NCBI GenBank assembly: GCA_038087875.1
Contig: JAXLNO010000438.1
Location: 434,001-498,000, forward strand
Direction: 5' to 3'
DNA from: Malacoraja senta
Taxonomy: Eukaryota
Length of the DNA: 64,000 bases
Under the pieces are notes generated by a model. That model was given only the letters and a program-made list of their open reading frames with translations, searched no databases and was not told the origin of the DNA. Position 1 is the first letter of the stretch; each line of letters begins with the position of its first letter. A program made the position numbers and the translations under genes. Below are positions 12,365 through 24,949 of this stretch, piece after piece.

Positions 12365-13554
12365 CAGGGGTGTCAAACTCATTTAAGTCATGGGCCGGAT
12401 TGGGCAAAATGCGACTTCATGTGGGCCGGAGCAGTTGTGCACGCGCGAACACACACTTTCCATTAATAGACTATTTGAAATCAAATATTAGCAGACACAA
12501 ATGTAGACCGAACGAAACAAATTATAAATGTAGACTACACAACTGCACCTAATTTGTATTAGCCTGATTCCAGCAATCAAACTCAGACAATGAAAACAGT
12601 TAGCCTCTAATTATTATTGAAGTGATTGAAGTGAGGGTGTGTGTGAAGGTGTGTGTCAGTGTGTGAGGGTGGGTGTCAGTGTGTGAGAGTGTGTGTCAGT
12701 GTGTGTGAGAATGTGTGTCAGTATTGTGAGAGTATGTATGAGAGTGTGTATCAGTGTGTGTGTGACAGTGTGTGAGAGTGTGTGTGAGTGTGTCAGGGTG
12801 TGTGTGAGAGTGTGTATCTGTATGTGTGAGGGTGTGTCAGTGTGTGTGAGTGTATGTGTGAGGGTGCATGAGTGTGTGTGTGAGTGTGTGTGTAAGTGTT
12901 TGTGTGAATGCGTGTGAGGGTGTGTGTGAGATTGTGTGTGAGAATGTATGTGCGAGGGTGTGTGCCAGTGTGAGTGCCAGTGTGTGTGTAAGGGTGTGTG
13001 TCAGTGTGTGTTAGGTTGTGTGTGAGAGTGTGTGTCAGTGAACCGGCGACAACACCCGGAGTGAGCGGAAATTCATAGACTTGGCGATGTCCGGGGAGCG
13101 GTTCCTCTCTCCCCCACCCTCTCCCCCCCCCGTCCCACCAGGAATGCGGGCCCGCCCAGGTGCTCTGTGTCCAGCTGGGGTCAGGGGGAGGTGAGGGTCA
13201 GTGACCCGGGGGTCGGGCATCGGAGCGGAGTCTTAGCCCGAGATTCATCCCAGCGGCTCCGGACTCAGGCGGCACCGATACCCCCACTCACCCGGTCCGC
13301 TCCTGGTTCCGGGCCGGGGTTAAAACTCCATGGGGTGTGGACAGAGCGGCCGACGGACACAGAGCCGCCGGAGATGAGGGTGGGAGGTGTGAGCGGTGCC
13401 TCAGGGGTTGGTGCTGGGACCACCGCCATGTCTCACCTATCACACCATCTGCACGAGAATGTGTAGTTTAGTTTAGACTCTAAACTAAATGACTTTTTTT
13501 CCCCAAATCATCCCGCGGGTCGGATTGGACACCCGCGGTAGTTTGACACCCCTG
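12365..13554. mobile_element. Non-autonomous hAT (Charlie-like) transposon
   Basis: 15-bp TIR CAGGGGTGTCAAACT / AGTTTGACACCCCTG and perfect 8-bp TSD CTTTAAAC at 12357-12364 and 13555-13562. Confidence 0.92.
12633..13040. repeat. Degenerate (GT)n-rich simple repeat inside the hAT
   Basis: gtgtgtgtcagtgtgtgagag... over about 400 bp. Confidence 0.95.
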
Positions 13555-14454
13555 CTTTAAACCAAAGCCCTCTAGTTCTTGAATCACATCTCCCGGGAAA
13601 AAAGACTACGCATTCACCTTATATATTCCCCTCGTGGTTTTTACTCGCCTCTAAAATAATTTTTGCTTTATTTTGAATTTCCAGCACCTGCAGATTGTGG
13701 TTCCATGAATGTCAAATGGAATCATTGTACTGCAGTTACATTGCTATTTTAAATAGTGTGCGATGGGCTTAAGACAATCAAATTGCTCGTTCTTTACGGG
13801 AAACCCACCGACAGAAAACTATTCTCATTGGTGATTGTGGAGGAGGTCTGGAAGCCTTGGGCGAATTGAATTGTTTGTGACTTTCTTTCTTTCTTTATTT
13901 ATTTTTTTCAATTATTTTTTTGATCGTGAGAAATTCTGTGATCAGCGTGAGAGCGTGAGAATTTCGTGAAATGCGTGAGTCTCACGCTCAATTGCATGAG
14001 AGTTGGCAGCCCTGTTAATCTTCACAGCAGAAACAACTTTTTGAGGTCCCATGAGATAAGTTGTGCTGGAGGCCTCCTCCACGTGGCCTTCCATGAGGCA
14101 GGGCAGGCGTGTCTGACCGAGCCTCAGGCAGCAGAAGATGACGCCCGTGACACTTCGTTACTATAAAAAGCAATTTTACTGCTTTTAAAGCCGGCTTTGA
14201 TATTCCAAGGCATTTAAAAACAGCTGAAATGGATTTAAACAAAAAATAAATTAAATAAAAATAAAATGTTAATATATTAAAATTATGACAAATGAATTAA
14301 AAGGATAGTGTAATAGTGAAATAATAAACACAAAGCAAAATTATTATTTTTTTAAGTAGGTGTCATTTTCACATAGAGCTGAGAATTTGTAACTGGTTCA
14401 TCAGCCAAGCACCCAAGAGATGGCAGATGTACCACAGCCTCAGAAAAAAAGGAT

Positions 14455-14720
14455 GTAGCTTTAGAATGGAGATGAGGAGGAATTTCTTCAGACAGAGGGT
14501 GGTGAATCTGTGTAATTCATTGCCACAAATGATGGTGGAGGCCGTCATTGAGTACTTTTGAAGTGGAGATTGATACGTTCTTGATTAGTAAGGGCGTCAA
14601 AGGTTCGGGTGAAAAGGCAGAAGAATGGGATTGAGAGGGAAAAATAGATCAACCATGATTGAATGGCGGAACAGATTTGAAGACTCGAATGGCACAATTC
14701 TATTCCTATGTCTTATGATG
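14455..14720 (+). mobile_element. CR1 LINE 3' fragment
   Basis: tttagaatggagatgaggaggaatttctt...gatcaaccatgattgaatggcgga...tcttatga. Confidence 0.8.
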
Positions 14721-15299
14721 TTATTGATGGGAACAGCTGCCGCTCACCTCTTAGCTTAATCTGGCTCATCAAAACAAATAAGATATCACATCTCCTACAC
14801 AAGATGGTAAAAGATATATATAATATTCAGGTAAAAGTGGTGTGAATCAATTTATTGTTTAATATCCATACAATTTAATTACTGTACATCAAGCCCACTT
14901 TGGAAAACTGTGTGTAGCAGATAGATTTGAAAACTTTGCCTAATTAAGGAATTCATCGATGACGTTGGGAATGTTTCTTGGCTACATCGTTCAAACCTGG
15001 TGCAATCTCAGATTCAGATTCATCTATTGCCATCAACACCAAGGTGTAATGAAATTCATTATTCAAATAAAGCAGTAAACATAAAAGGAAAGCAGTACAT
15101 TAATGAAAATAAACAATAAATTTAACTATGTGCAAAACTGCAAAATAGTGCAAGATCGCAGTGCAACTCCAAGTGGAACAGAACAATGCTGAAGTATGAT
15201 AAAGCAGAATAACTGAATGGGGTAGAGTTAACAGCAAGAGAATGTGGTAGCATGACAGAGAAGGGGGTGTAAATGGAGTGATTGGTTAAGGAGTCTGAA

Positions 15300-15715
15300 A
15301 GCGGAGGATAGTCTGAACATATGGTTTCAAGCACCTGTATCTTCTCAAAGGCATAAGGAAGAAAGGGAATGGCCAGTGTGACGCAGTCTTCACGATACTT
15401 CCAGTCTTCCTAATTCAATGTGCTGTGAAAATGGGCTGGATGGAAGGACGTGACGAGTCTTTGATAGACTATGTTCATCACTTTGTGTCTATGAGTCTCT
15501 GCAGCTTCAGATGGCCAGGAGCAGACCAGCTGCCATATCAGACGGGGATGCATCCCAACAGAGTTATTTCTATAGCACATGCCAAATCTTATCACACACC
15601 TAAGAAAGTAAATATGCTGATGTGCTTTCTTGATCACTGCATCAGTGTGAAGGGACCAGATTAGGTTGGTTGTGATACAGATGCCTAAGAACCTGAAGCT
15701 GTTGATCAGATTGAG
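15300..15715 (-). mobile_element. Old Rex1/Babar LINE fragment
   Basis: Translates SFRFLGICIT.NL.WS.HTDAVIKKAHQHIYFLR, homologous to 60798-61010. Confidence 0.75.
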
Positions 15716-16264
15716 AAACACACACCATTTTGTCATACCATAGCGACACACTTTGCTGACTTGTTATGTGCTTAGTAAGTCTGTATTCTGCAGTAGCTCC
15801 AAAGTAGTAGGATGTAAGAATCTTTCCAAAATTGGCAACAGTCATCACTTTATCATTGCTGACTGGCCGTCATGCCTCTAACTGTATTGCATACCTTGAT
15901 GGTGTGCTTTTAGCCATTTTATTGGCTACTATTGTCAATAAAAATTATTTACACTTAACATTTCCATGTTAATAACTCTTAAACAATAAAAACTGATAAT
16001 CGGAGCAATAGATTCCAATGCCATTGAGTTGTTACGTAATAGCTGGCTGGGTGAATTTGAATTGATTACATTAGCAAATAGATTACTGGAATAGCAAAGT
16101 CAAGCTTTAAAAATGGAAATTAATGCTGTGGAGGTGGAAGGCTGAGAATGTAAACTAGAAAGTTGATCCTGAATAAAGCAGATTAAATGTGTTTTTAAAA
16201 TTCCACATGCCAAGAAACTGGACCACATAATCCCCAGCTACTTCAGGATTGTCAGAAATGGAAA

Positions 16265-16400
16265 CTGACGTTTCAGGGAAGGATCCAGACCTGAAACATC
16301 ACTTATCCATGTTTTCCAGAGATGCTGCCTGACCTGCTGAGTTACTCCAGCACTTTATTTTTTTTGTTGTAAACCAGCATTTGAGGTTCCTTCAGTCTAT
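16265..16400 (+). mobile_element. Penelope pLTR-derived repeat
   Basis: gacctgaaacatcac...agagatgctgcctgacctgctgagttactccagcact...aaccagcat. Confidence 0.75.
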
Positions 16401-17058
16401 GTTTATAGCAGCAACCTGCTGAGTCAGGACTCAATAGACAATAGGCAATAGACAATAGGTGCAGGAGTAGGCCATTCGGCCCTTCGAGCCAGCACCGCCA
16501 TTCACTGTGATCATGTGATCATGGCTGTTCATCCACCATCGGTACCCCGTTCCTGCCTTCTTCCCATATCTCCTGACTCCGCTATCTTTAAAAGGTCTAT
16601 CTAACTCTCTCTTGAAAGCATCCATAGAATTGGCCTCCACTGCCTTCTGAGGCAAAGAATTCTACAGATTCACAACCCTCTGTGTGAAAACGTTTTTCTT
16701 CATCTCCGTTCTAAATGGCTTACCATTTAAATTGTGGCCCCTGGTTCTGGATACCCCCAACATCGAGAACATGTTTCCTGCCTCTAGTGTGTCCAAACCC
16801 TTAATAATCTTATATGTTTCAATAAGATTCCCTCTCATCCTTCTAAATTCCAGAGTATACAAGCCCAGCCGCTCCATTCTATCAACATATGACAGTCCCA
16901 CCATCCCGGGAATTAACCTCGTGAACCTACGCTGCACTCACTCTCTCAATATCAAGAATGTCCTTCCTCAAATTTGGAGACCAAAACTGCACACAATACT
17001 CCAGGTGTGGTCTCACTCGGGCCCTGCACAACTGCAGAAGAACCTCTTTGCTCCTATA

Positions 17059-18419
17059 TGCTGCTAGAGTCAGTTATTAAAGATGGGATAGCAGCACATT
17101 TGAAAAGTGGTGAAATCATTGGACAAAGTCAGCATGGATTTACGAAAGGTAAATCATGTCTGACGAATCTTATAGAATTTTTCGAGGATGTAACTAGTAG
17201 AGTGGATAGGGGAGAACCAGTGGATGTGTTATATCTGGACTTTCAGAAGGCTTTCGACAAGGTCCCACATACGAGATTAGTATACAAACTTAAAGCACAC
17301 GGTATTGGGGGTTCAGTATTGATGTGGATAGAGAACTGGCTGGCAAACAGGAAGCAAAGAGTAGGAGTAAACGGGTCCTTTTCAGAATGGCAGGCAGTGA
17401 CTAGTGGGGTACCGCAAGGCTCAGTGCTGGGACCCCAGCTATTTACAATATATATTAATAATTTGGACGAGGGAATTGAATGCAACATCTCCAAGTTTGC
17501 GGATGACACTAAGCTGGGGGGCAGTGTTAGCTGTGAGGAGGATGCTAGGAGGCTGCAAGGTGACTTGGATAGGCTGGGTGAGTGGGCAAATGCATGGCAG
17601 ATGCAGTATAATGTGGATAAATGTGAGGTTATCCACTTTGGTGGCAAAAACAGGAAAGTAGACTATTATCTGAATGGTGGCCGATTAGGAAAAGGGGAGA
17701 TGCAACGAGACCTGGGTGTCATGGTACACCAGTCATTGAAAGTAGGAATGCAGGTGCAGCAGGCAGGGAAGAAAGCAAATGGTATGTTAGCATTCATAGC
17801 AAAAGGATTTGAGTATAGGAGCAGGGAGGTTCTACTGCAGTTGTACAGGGTCTTGGTGAGACCACACCTGGTGTATTGCGTACAGTTTTGGTCTCCAAAT
17901 CTGAGAAAAGACATTATTGCCATACAGGGAGTGCAGAGAAGGTTCGCCAGACTGATTCCTGGGATGTCAGGACTTTCATATGAAGAAAGACTGGATAGAC
18001 TCAGCTTGTACTCGCTAGAATTTAGGAGATTTAGGGGGGATCTTATAGAAACTTACAAAATTCTCAAGGGGTTGGACAGGTTGGATGCAGGAAGATTGTT
18101 CCCGATGTTGGGGAAGTCCAGGAAAAGGGGTCACAACTTAAGGATAGAGGGGAAATCCTTTAGGACCGAGATGAGAAAAACTTTTTTCACACAGAGAGTG
18201 GTGAATCTCTGGAACTCTCTGCCACAGAAGGTAGTTGAGGCCAGTTAGATGGAGTTAGATGTGGTCCTTGTGGCTAAGGGGATCAGGGGGTATGGAGAGA
18301 AGGCAGGTACGGGATACCGAGTTGGATGATCAGCCATGATCATATTGAATGGCGGTGCAGGCTCGAAGGGCCGAGTGGCCTACTCCTGCACCTATTTTCT
18401 ATGTTTCTATGTTTCTATA
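17059..18419 (+). mobile_element. Young 5'-truncated CR1 LINE with uninterrupted RT frame
   Basis: ORF to 18248 with QHGF..KSCLTNL, YLDFQKAFDKV, SGVPQGSVLGP, FADD and FFTQRVVNLWNSLP; (CTATGTTT)n tail. Confidence 0.95.
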
Positions 18420-19187
18420 CTCAACTACTCTTGTTATGAAGGCCAACATGCCATTTTCTTTCTTCACTGCCTGCTGTACCTGCATGCTTACTTTCAGTGA
18501 CTGATGAACAAGGACCACCAGATCCCGTTGTACTTCCCTTTATCCCAACTTCAGATAATAATCTGCCTTCCTGTTTTTGCCACCAAAGTGAATAAGTTCA
18601 CATTTATCCACTTTAAACTGCATCTGCCATGCATCTGCCCACTCACCCAACCTGTCCAAGTCACCATGCATCCTCATAGCATCCTCCTCACAGTTCACAC
18701 TGCCACCCAGCTTTGTGTCATCCGCAAATTTGCTAACGTTACTTTTAATCCCTTCATCTAAATCATTAATGAATATTGTAAATTGCTGCCGTCCCAGCAC
18801 CGAGCCTTGCGGTACCCCACTAGTCACTGCCTGCCATTCGGAAAGGGACCCGTTAATCGCTACTCTTTGTTTCCTGCGTGCCAACCAATTTTCTATCATG
18901 TCAGTATCCTTCCCCCTCTACCATGCTCTAATATTTCCCACTAACCTCTATGTGGAACCTTATCAAATGCTTTCTGAAAGTCCAGGTACACTACATCCAC
19001 TGGCTCTCCCTTGTAAAATTTTCCCAGTTACATCCTCAAAAAATTCCAGAAGATTAGTCAAGCATGATTTCCCCTTCGTAAATGCATGCTGACTCAGACC
19101 GATCCTGTTACCGCTATCCAAATGTGCCGCTATTTCATCTTTTATAATTGACTCCAGCATCTTCCCCACCACCGATGTCAGGCTAAC

Positions 19188-19598
19188 CGGCGCGGCCTGA
19201 GGATTTCAGGTGCCGCGGTCTCCAGGGAGGAGGCAGCGCTCCAGACTTTCCAAGCTGCTGAGGAATGTTCACCCAACGCCGGAGTTCCAGTTTCATGGCA
19301 AGAGGGCCTGAAAAGATCGGACTGGCTGCAAGGCCACAAATGGGCCCCGACCTCGGGTGGTCACAGAGGAAGAGGCCTAAACTTTCTGGTGCCTTTCCCC
19401 ACAGTGGAAAATTTTGATTCTGTTGTGGGGGGGACGTTTGTGTTGAACTCTATAATGTGTTGTGTCAATTTTTCTTTTTTTAATCTTTTTCTATGGAAGT
19501 ACGGAAACTTATTATTTATTTTATGTAAAGCACTTTGGTTTCAACGCGAGTTGATTTAAAATGTGCTATATAAATAAAACGTACTTACTTACTTACTA
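19188..19598 (+). mobile_element. GC-rich non-autonomous retroposon with L2-like tail
   Basis: Interrupts CR1 at caggctaac|...|ctataattccc; ends gtaaagcactttgg...aaatgtgctatataaataaa(ACTT)n. Confidence 0.65.
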
Positions 19599-20279
19599 CT
19601 ATAATTCCCTGTTTTCTCTTTCCTACCTTTCTTAAAGAGTGGGATAACATTAGCTACCCTCCAATCCACAGGAACTGATCCTGAATCTATAGAACATTGG
19701 AAAATGTTCACCAATGCATCCACGATTTCTAGAGCCACTTTCTTAAGTACCCTGGGATGTAGACCATCAGGCCCTGGGGATTTATCAACCTTCAGTCCCA
19801 TCAGTCTACCCAACACCATTTCCTGCCTAAAGTGAATTTCCTTCAGTTCCTGGTCACCCTAGATCCTCTGGCCACTAGTACATCAGGGAGATTGTTTGTG
19901 TCTTCCTGAGTGAAGACGGATCTAAAGTACCTCTTCAACTCATATGGGGAACTCATTGTTCCCTATAATAAATTCACCTGTTTCAGTCTTCAAGGGTCCA
20001 ACTTAACTATTTTTTTCCTCTTCACATACCTAAAGAAGCTTTTACTATCCTCTTTATATTCTTGGGTAGCTTACCTTCGTACCTCATCTTTTCCCCCCCG
20101 TATTGCCTTTTTTAGTTATCTTCTGTTGCTCTTTAAAAGTTTCCCAATCCTCTGGCTTCCCGCTCATCTTTGCTATGTTAGGGTTCTTGTCTTTTATTTT
20201 TATACTGTCCCTGAAGTCCCTTGTCAGCCGCGGTCACCCCATACTCCCCTTATTCATGTTCACACATGGTCACAAGGTC

Positions 20280-20458
20280 CAGCAAATGCTGGTTCACAAA
20301 AATAGACACAAAGTGCTAGAGTAACACAGCGGGTCAGACAGCATCGCTGCGGACATGAATAGGCGACATTTTGGGTTGAACACAGAAGGAGTCACCTGTC
20401 CATGTTCTCTGGAGATGCTGCCTGGTCTGTTGAGTTACTCCAACACTTTGTGTCTTAC
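20280..20458. mobile_element. Fold-back Penelope pLTR-derived element
   Basis: agacacaaagtgctagagtaac...gttactccaacactttgtgtct, inverted arms of ~65 bp. Confidence 0.8.
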
Positions 20459-21479
20459 TTAAGTTATGCTGACATTGACTTCACAGACTCGTCAGTGTGT
20501 GGTTAACACGCATGATACAAAACTATGTGTGAATAAATTAAAGTGACAGAAGAAATCCCCTTGTGCATACAGAAAGCGAATGGGTTCTACTGCACTAAAT
20601 CTTTGGTGAATCCGCTTTTCAGTAGTAAAATTCATCTAGTGTACACATTCCTCTGGCCTGAAGAATTGGAACTCATGTCTTAGTCATCCCACCCCCACCC
20701 CACCAACAACTTTAAACACCTCGTCTCTGACATAGAGAAGGTTGTGGAACTTCTGGAGTGCTCTTTTGTTAGTGTGGTCAGCGATGTTCAGGTTAGGAGC
20801 AAATTTGATGGCAAAGAACACCTGAATATCTAATCTGGCATCTTTCCAAAGCTCCACATGGATACAGTTTCAACTGCCTTTTCTGATCTTTAATTCTCAC
20901 TGTTGCATCCTGCAACTCCTCTCCCCACATACATTATTATCTGCTATTTAAATAAGGCTATCTTAGGACCTGGATATAAATTGTGGTGAAGAAATAAAAG
21001 TGTAAGTCTTTATGGAAAAAAGTGATTAAAAGGCACAAAATCATTAATTCTGTTTGTTTTTTCTACCATATAACACAAGAAGAACAGGAGAAGAGCAGAA
21101 GTAGACCACCAGGCCTCTCATCTGCCCGCTATTCAACATGATCATGGCTGTTCTATGCTGGCCTCAGATCTTATTTAATGTTATAGGGACGAATTATGCT
21201 TTCATATATTTCAAATAGAGAGGATGTTCATCTTTTCTATACTCATTTCGACATGGCGTTAGTTTACATTTAAACCTTAGATGGCATTGTACCCTGTTAG
21301 TAACATAATTTTAATATTAAGAATTCAAAGATTTATCTTATAGTGTTGGCCATGGTACATTATAGAAGCTAAGTATTTTCAAAAACATTTTACAGTTTTA
21401 TCATAGGAAACAACTATCAGATTAGTGTTCACCCTTAGGTCAAAGGCCAATGTTGTGGTGTGTTGTATTGTCAGGACAA

Positions 21480-22250
21480 CAGCCTGACGTAAAAGGCTAG
21501 GCTTTTGTTATGGCACCATGGCACAAGTTTCTCAGTCACTTTTCTCTACAGTCTAATTTTTGTTGATCGGTCGACAACAATGGTATCATTGGAGAACTAA
21601 AAGATGAGTTGGTATTGTACTTGGCGATGCAGTCATGGGCATACAAGTAGCACAGCAAATAACTGAGCACACAACCCTAAGGGGCACCAGTGTTGAGGAT
21701 CAGGGTGGAGTAAATGTTATGTCCAATTTTAACCGACTGAAGTCTGTCGGTCAAGAAATCCGGATGCAAGTTGCAGATGGAAGTAGAAGGTGAAGAAGTT
21801 TAAGGATGAACTTACTGGTATTATAGTGTTGAAGGCTGGAATATATTCAATGAATAGCATCCTGACAGGTATTCTTATTTTGTGAAGGTGATTCAGAGAT
21901 GAATTCAATGTAAGGGAAATGCCATCAACTGCAGATCTATTTTTCCTGTATGCAAATTGCAGGGAGCTAGGTTATCCAGAAGACTGGTGCTGATGAGGGT
22001 CAGTACTAATCTTTCAATGCATTTCATTAGAGCTATTGGGCAGTAGTCATTGAGAATGGTTTTCTTGGAGACTGGATGGAGGTTTCCTTGATGCAGATAG
22101 GGAGAGTAGACTGTAGAAGTGAAAGGTTTGTGATGTTGGTGAAGACTGTGGGATTGATGCACAATTTCAGAACTCAACCAGCAATTCCATCCTGGCTGTC
22201 CGCTCTCCAAGAGTTTACCTTCCGAAAACAGATCTGACTTCTGTTACAAG
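21480..22250 (-). mobile_element. Old Rex1/Babar LINE RT fragment
   Basis: LNDYCPIAL.KCIERLV motif, homologous to 61283-61699. Confidence 0.75.
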
Positions 22251-22459
22251 ATGTATGGAACAAAGCCAGCGGGCAATGGGGGTTGCATGTTATAAAATGA
22301 CATACATTTATCAATCATTAAATTGAAATGTATGTACGTAAATGAAAATAGCAATATTGAATATGAAACAGGAACAATAGCAGTGGAGAACTTATCTGGA
22401 GGAATTTAAAGTAATACCAGAAGCCCCACCCCATAACAAGCAAGGCTTCCACAGGCATG

Positions 22460-23470
22460 GATTAGCATCACAACCCTCCTCCTTACTGACTATCAACACA
22501 GGGGCACATCAGGACTGCCTGCTTGGTCCCCTGCTCTACTCTCTCTAGACCCATGACTGTATAGCCAGACAGAGATCCAACATCATCTCTATATTCGCCG
22601 AGGCTACCACCACTATTGAACAAATAATGGTAACCGACAAGTTAACGTACAGGAGGGACATTGACTCACTGATTGTGTGGTACCAGAACAACAATCTTCC
22701 TCTCATTTTTAGCAAGACCAAGAAGCTGATTGTTGACTTTAGCATGAGAATGCCGAGAGAACACGCACCTGACTTCATGGGTGGGATGATGGTGGAGAGA
22801 GTCAACACTTCAAGTTCTTGCGCATGCACATCTCTGATGATTTGTTCTGGGCCAGAATGTTAATGCAAGCACAGAGAAAGCTCATCAACACCTCTACTTC
22901 CTCTGATGTTTGAGGTGATTCAGCACGTTGTACACTGAAAAGCATACTGACTGGTTGCATCGTGGCCTGATTTGGAAATTTGAATACACATGAATGAGGG
23001 AGGCTGCAGAAACAGGTGGGCATTGACCGTTCATCACGGGTATTGACTTCAATTCTGTCAAAGGGATCTACAGGAAGAGCTGCCTCAAGGAGACAGCTGA
23101 TATCATCAAAATCTCACAGCACCCTGGTCACGCTCCCTTCTTGCTGCTACCATTAGGAAGGTACAGGAGCCTGAGAACTCTAGGTTTAAGAACGTATCCA
23201 TCATATCAACCATCAGGTTCCTGAACTACCCTGCACAACCCTACCTCAACCACCTCAACGTGACTGAACCATTACAGAGTCTGCACTACCATGGTTGCTC
23301 CACATGGTCTAGTTTGCTTGAAATAACTGATAATTGATTGTGTATTATTGTTGCTGCTGTTGTCTTTGCATGTACAGTATAATATTGTCTCTAAAACTGA
23401 ATCATGTAAGAGTTTCATTGTTCCGGTTCATATCTGATTCATATGATAACTAAACTCTCTTGACTCCTGA
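22460..23470 (+). mobile_element. Old Rex1/Babar LINE 3' part
   Basis: SKTKKLIVDF and VERV motifs; tail tttcattgttcc...atatgataactaaactctcttgact. Confidence 0.8.
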
Positions 23471-24371
23471 TTCTAAACATTAGTTTATTGCAGCTGACAA
23501 CTCACATCTGTTTGGAATAGGGAGATACTGACAACAGTGCTCCTTTCACAATTAGTGAAGACCATCACTGAACTTTTTTTTTAGTCTCTACATCAAAGAA
23601 ACTTAAACCAGAACTTAAACTCATAAATCAGCCTTGTTCATGTTATTTCACGGAAATATGTTCATTGAAATTTAAAGATGGACAAAATCAGTGGGAAAAA
23701 AACTAAAAAATACTAATACGTTAGTTTATTTTTATTCCTGGAACCAGCTAGGCAACAATTTGGCTTGCAAATCTGCCATCATTACTTGTTTTTCTATTTG
23801 TGACTCCAGACCCACAACACTGTGATTGGTTCCTAACTGCCCCCTGATATAGCACAGCAATTCAGTTCTATTCAAACTGTGCTGTTAAAACAGAATAAGA
23901 ATACAATGCGATAAAACATTCAGGATCACCCTCAGCACTAAATTCAGATATTAAAAAGTCACACTCCATCCAGCCAACCTTGTAAAATCCTTCTCTTGAA
24001 TGTCCGAGGGGTGGGATCTAATATTGGAAAGTGCTAATTTACAAATAAGTCAAGCAAATGCAGAATAACTTTGTCCGCACAAAATTAGACCTTACAGACA
24101 AAGTGCCAGCATCCACAAGTGCAATCCCTGGGCGCGTCTATCCCACTGACAGGGCAGATGCACTAGAGGTGACAAAATGGTGGCATGGAGAAGGATCCTT
24201 GGTGTCCTCAACATTGACCAGCCAAACATGAACAAAAAAAACTCCTCCTGCTTGCAATCTACCATCCTGCTCAGCTGATGGTAGATTACTCTCTGTTGAT
24301 AAAGACTTTGAAGGAGCCCTGAAAGTAGCAAGGGCACAAAGTATACTCTTTATAAGTTCTTCAATATTGCT

Positions 24372-24637
24372 GCACAGTGGTACAATGGTAGAGTTGCTGC
24401 CCTTCAGCATCAGAGAACTGGGTTTGATCCTAACTACGGGTGCTGTCTTTATGGAGTATTTTACCTTCTCCCTGTGACTGCATGGGTTTTCTCCGGGTAC
24501 TCCAATTTCCTCCCACATTCCAAAGATACGCGGGTTTGTAGGTTAATTGGCTTCTGTAAATGTGTGCAGGATAGAACTAGTCGGCATGGACTCGTTGGTC
24601 TGAAGGGTCTGTTTCCACAGTGTATATCTAAACTAAA
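24372..24637 (+). mobile_element. HE1-type V-SINE
   Basis: ggtagagttgctgcc...ggtttgatcc (B box)...ctcccacattccaaaga...tctaaactaaa tail. Confidence 0.85.
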
Positions 24638-24949
24638 ACGAAATCCAACCCCTCACTGAGTGGCTGGGCAGTAAGCTCACCGACTGAACTGGCTGAACTC
24701 CTAAGGACATAGAGGCCACACTGGGTGTGTGGGAGGTGATGAGTGGAACAACATGAGTAATCATAGTATTGGAGAAAGTGACATCCACACAATTATATAC
24801 AGAAAAGGTCCCTTCTTCACACCATTCGCCATTGTATTATGTGGCAGCAATACTGCTAAATGGGAGAGAACAGATTTGGTAGCTCAAATCACGATGTGAT
24901 GTGAACTGCCGTCAGCAGCAGAATTGTACACTTCGACTATCCATGATCT

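Larger units (their letters stand above)
12095..13655 (-). mobile_element. CR1 3' fragment split by the hAT insertion (12095-12364 and 13563-13655)
   Basis: ...ctctcactttaaac | caaagccctctagttcttga is continuous CR1 sequence across the insertion. Confidence 0.75.
10833..14014. mobile_element. Non-autonomous TIR DNA transposon with 7-bp TSD, carrying nested elements
   Basis: 13-bp TIR CAGGGCTGCCAAC / GTTGGCAGCCCTG. Flanking direct repeat TTAATCT at 10826-10832 and 14015-14021. Subterminal GTGAGA motifs at both ends. Confidence 0.85.
16432..20255 (-). mobile_element. CR1 LINE (5'-truncated, degraded), split by a CR1 at 17059-18419 and a retroposon at ~19188-19598
   Basis: (CAATAGA)n tail at 16432. 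ORF2 pieces QRRFTRLIPG, SGVPQGSVLG..SKFADDTKLGG, KSCLTNLLEFFE and KSPGPDGLHPRVLK are collinear on the minus strand. Confidence 0.92.

Noticed and set aside
12693..12917. Cys/Val-rich ORF
   Set aside because: Translation of a (GT)n repeat.
16974..18248. 424-aa reverse transcriptase ORF as a host gene or retron-like system
   Set aside because: 5'-truncated CR1 ORF2 with a typical tail. The N-terminal residues are antisense sequence of the flanking CR1 and the start is not a true ATG.
21480..23470. Divergent Rex1 pair as one twin-primed inversion
   Set aside because: The pieces overlap in LINE coordinates and are separated by unrelated sequence, so independent insertions are more likely.
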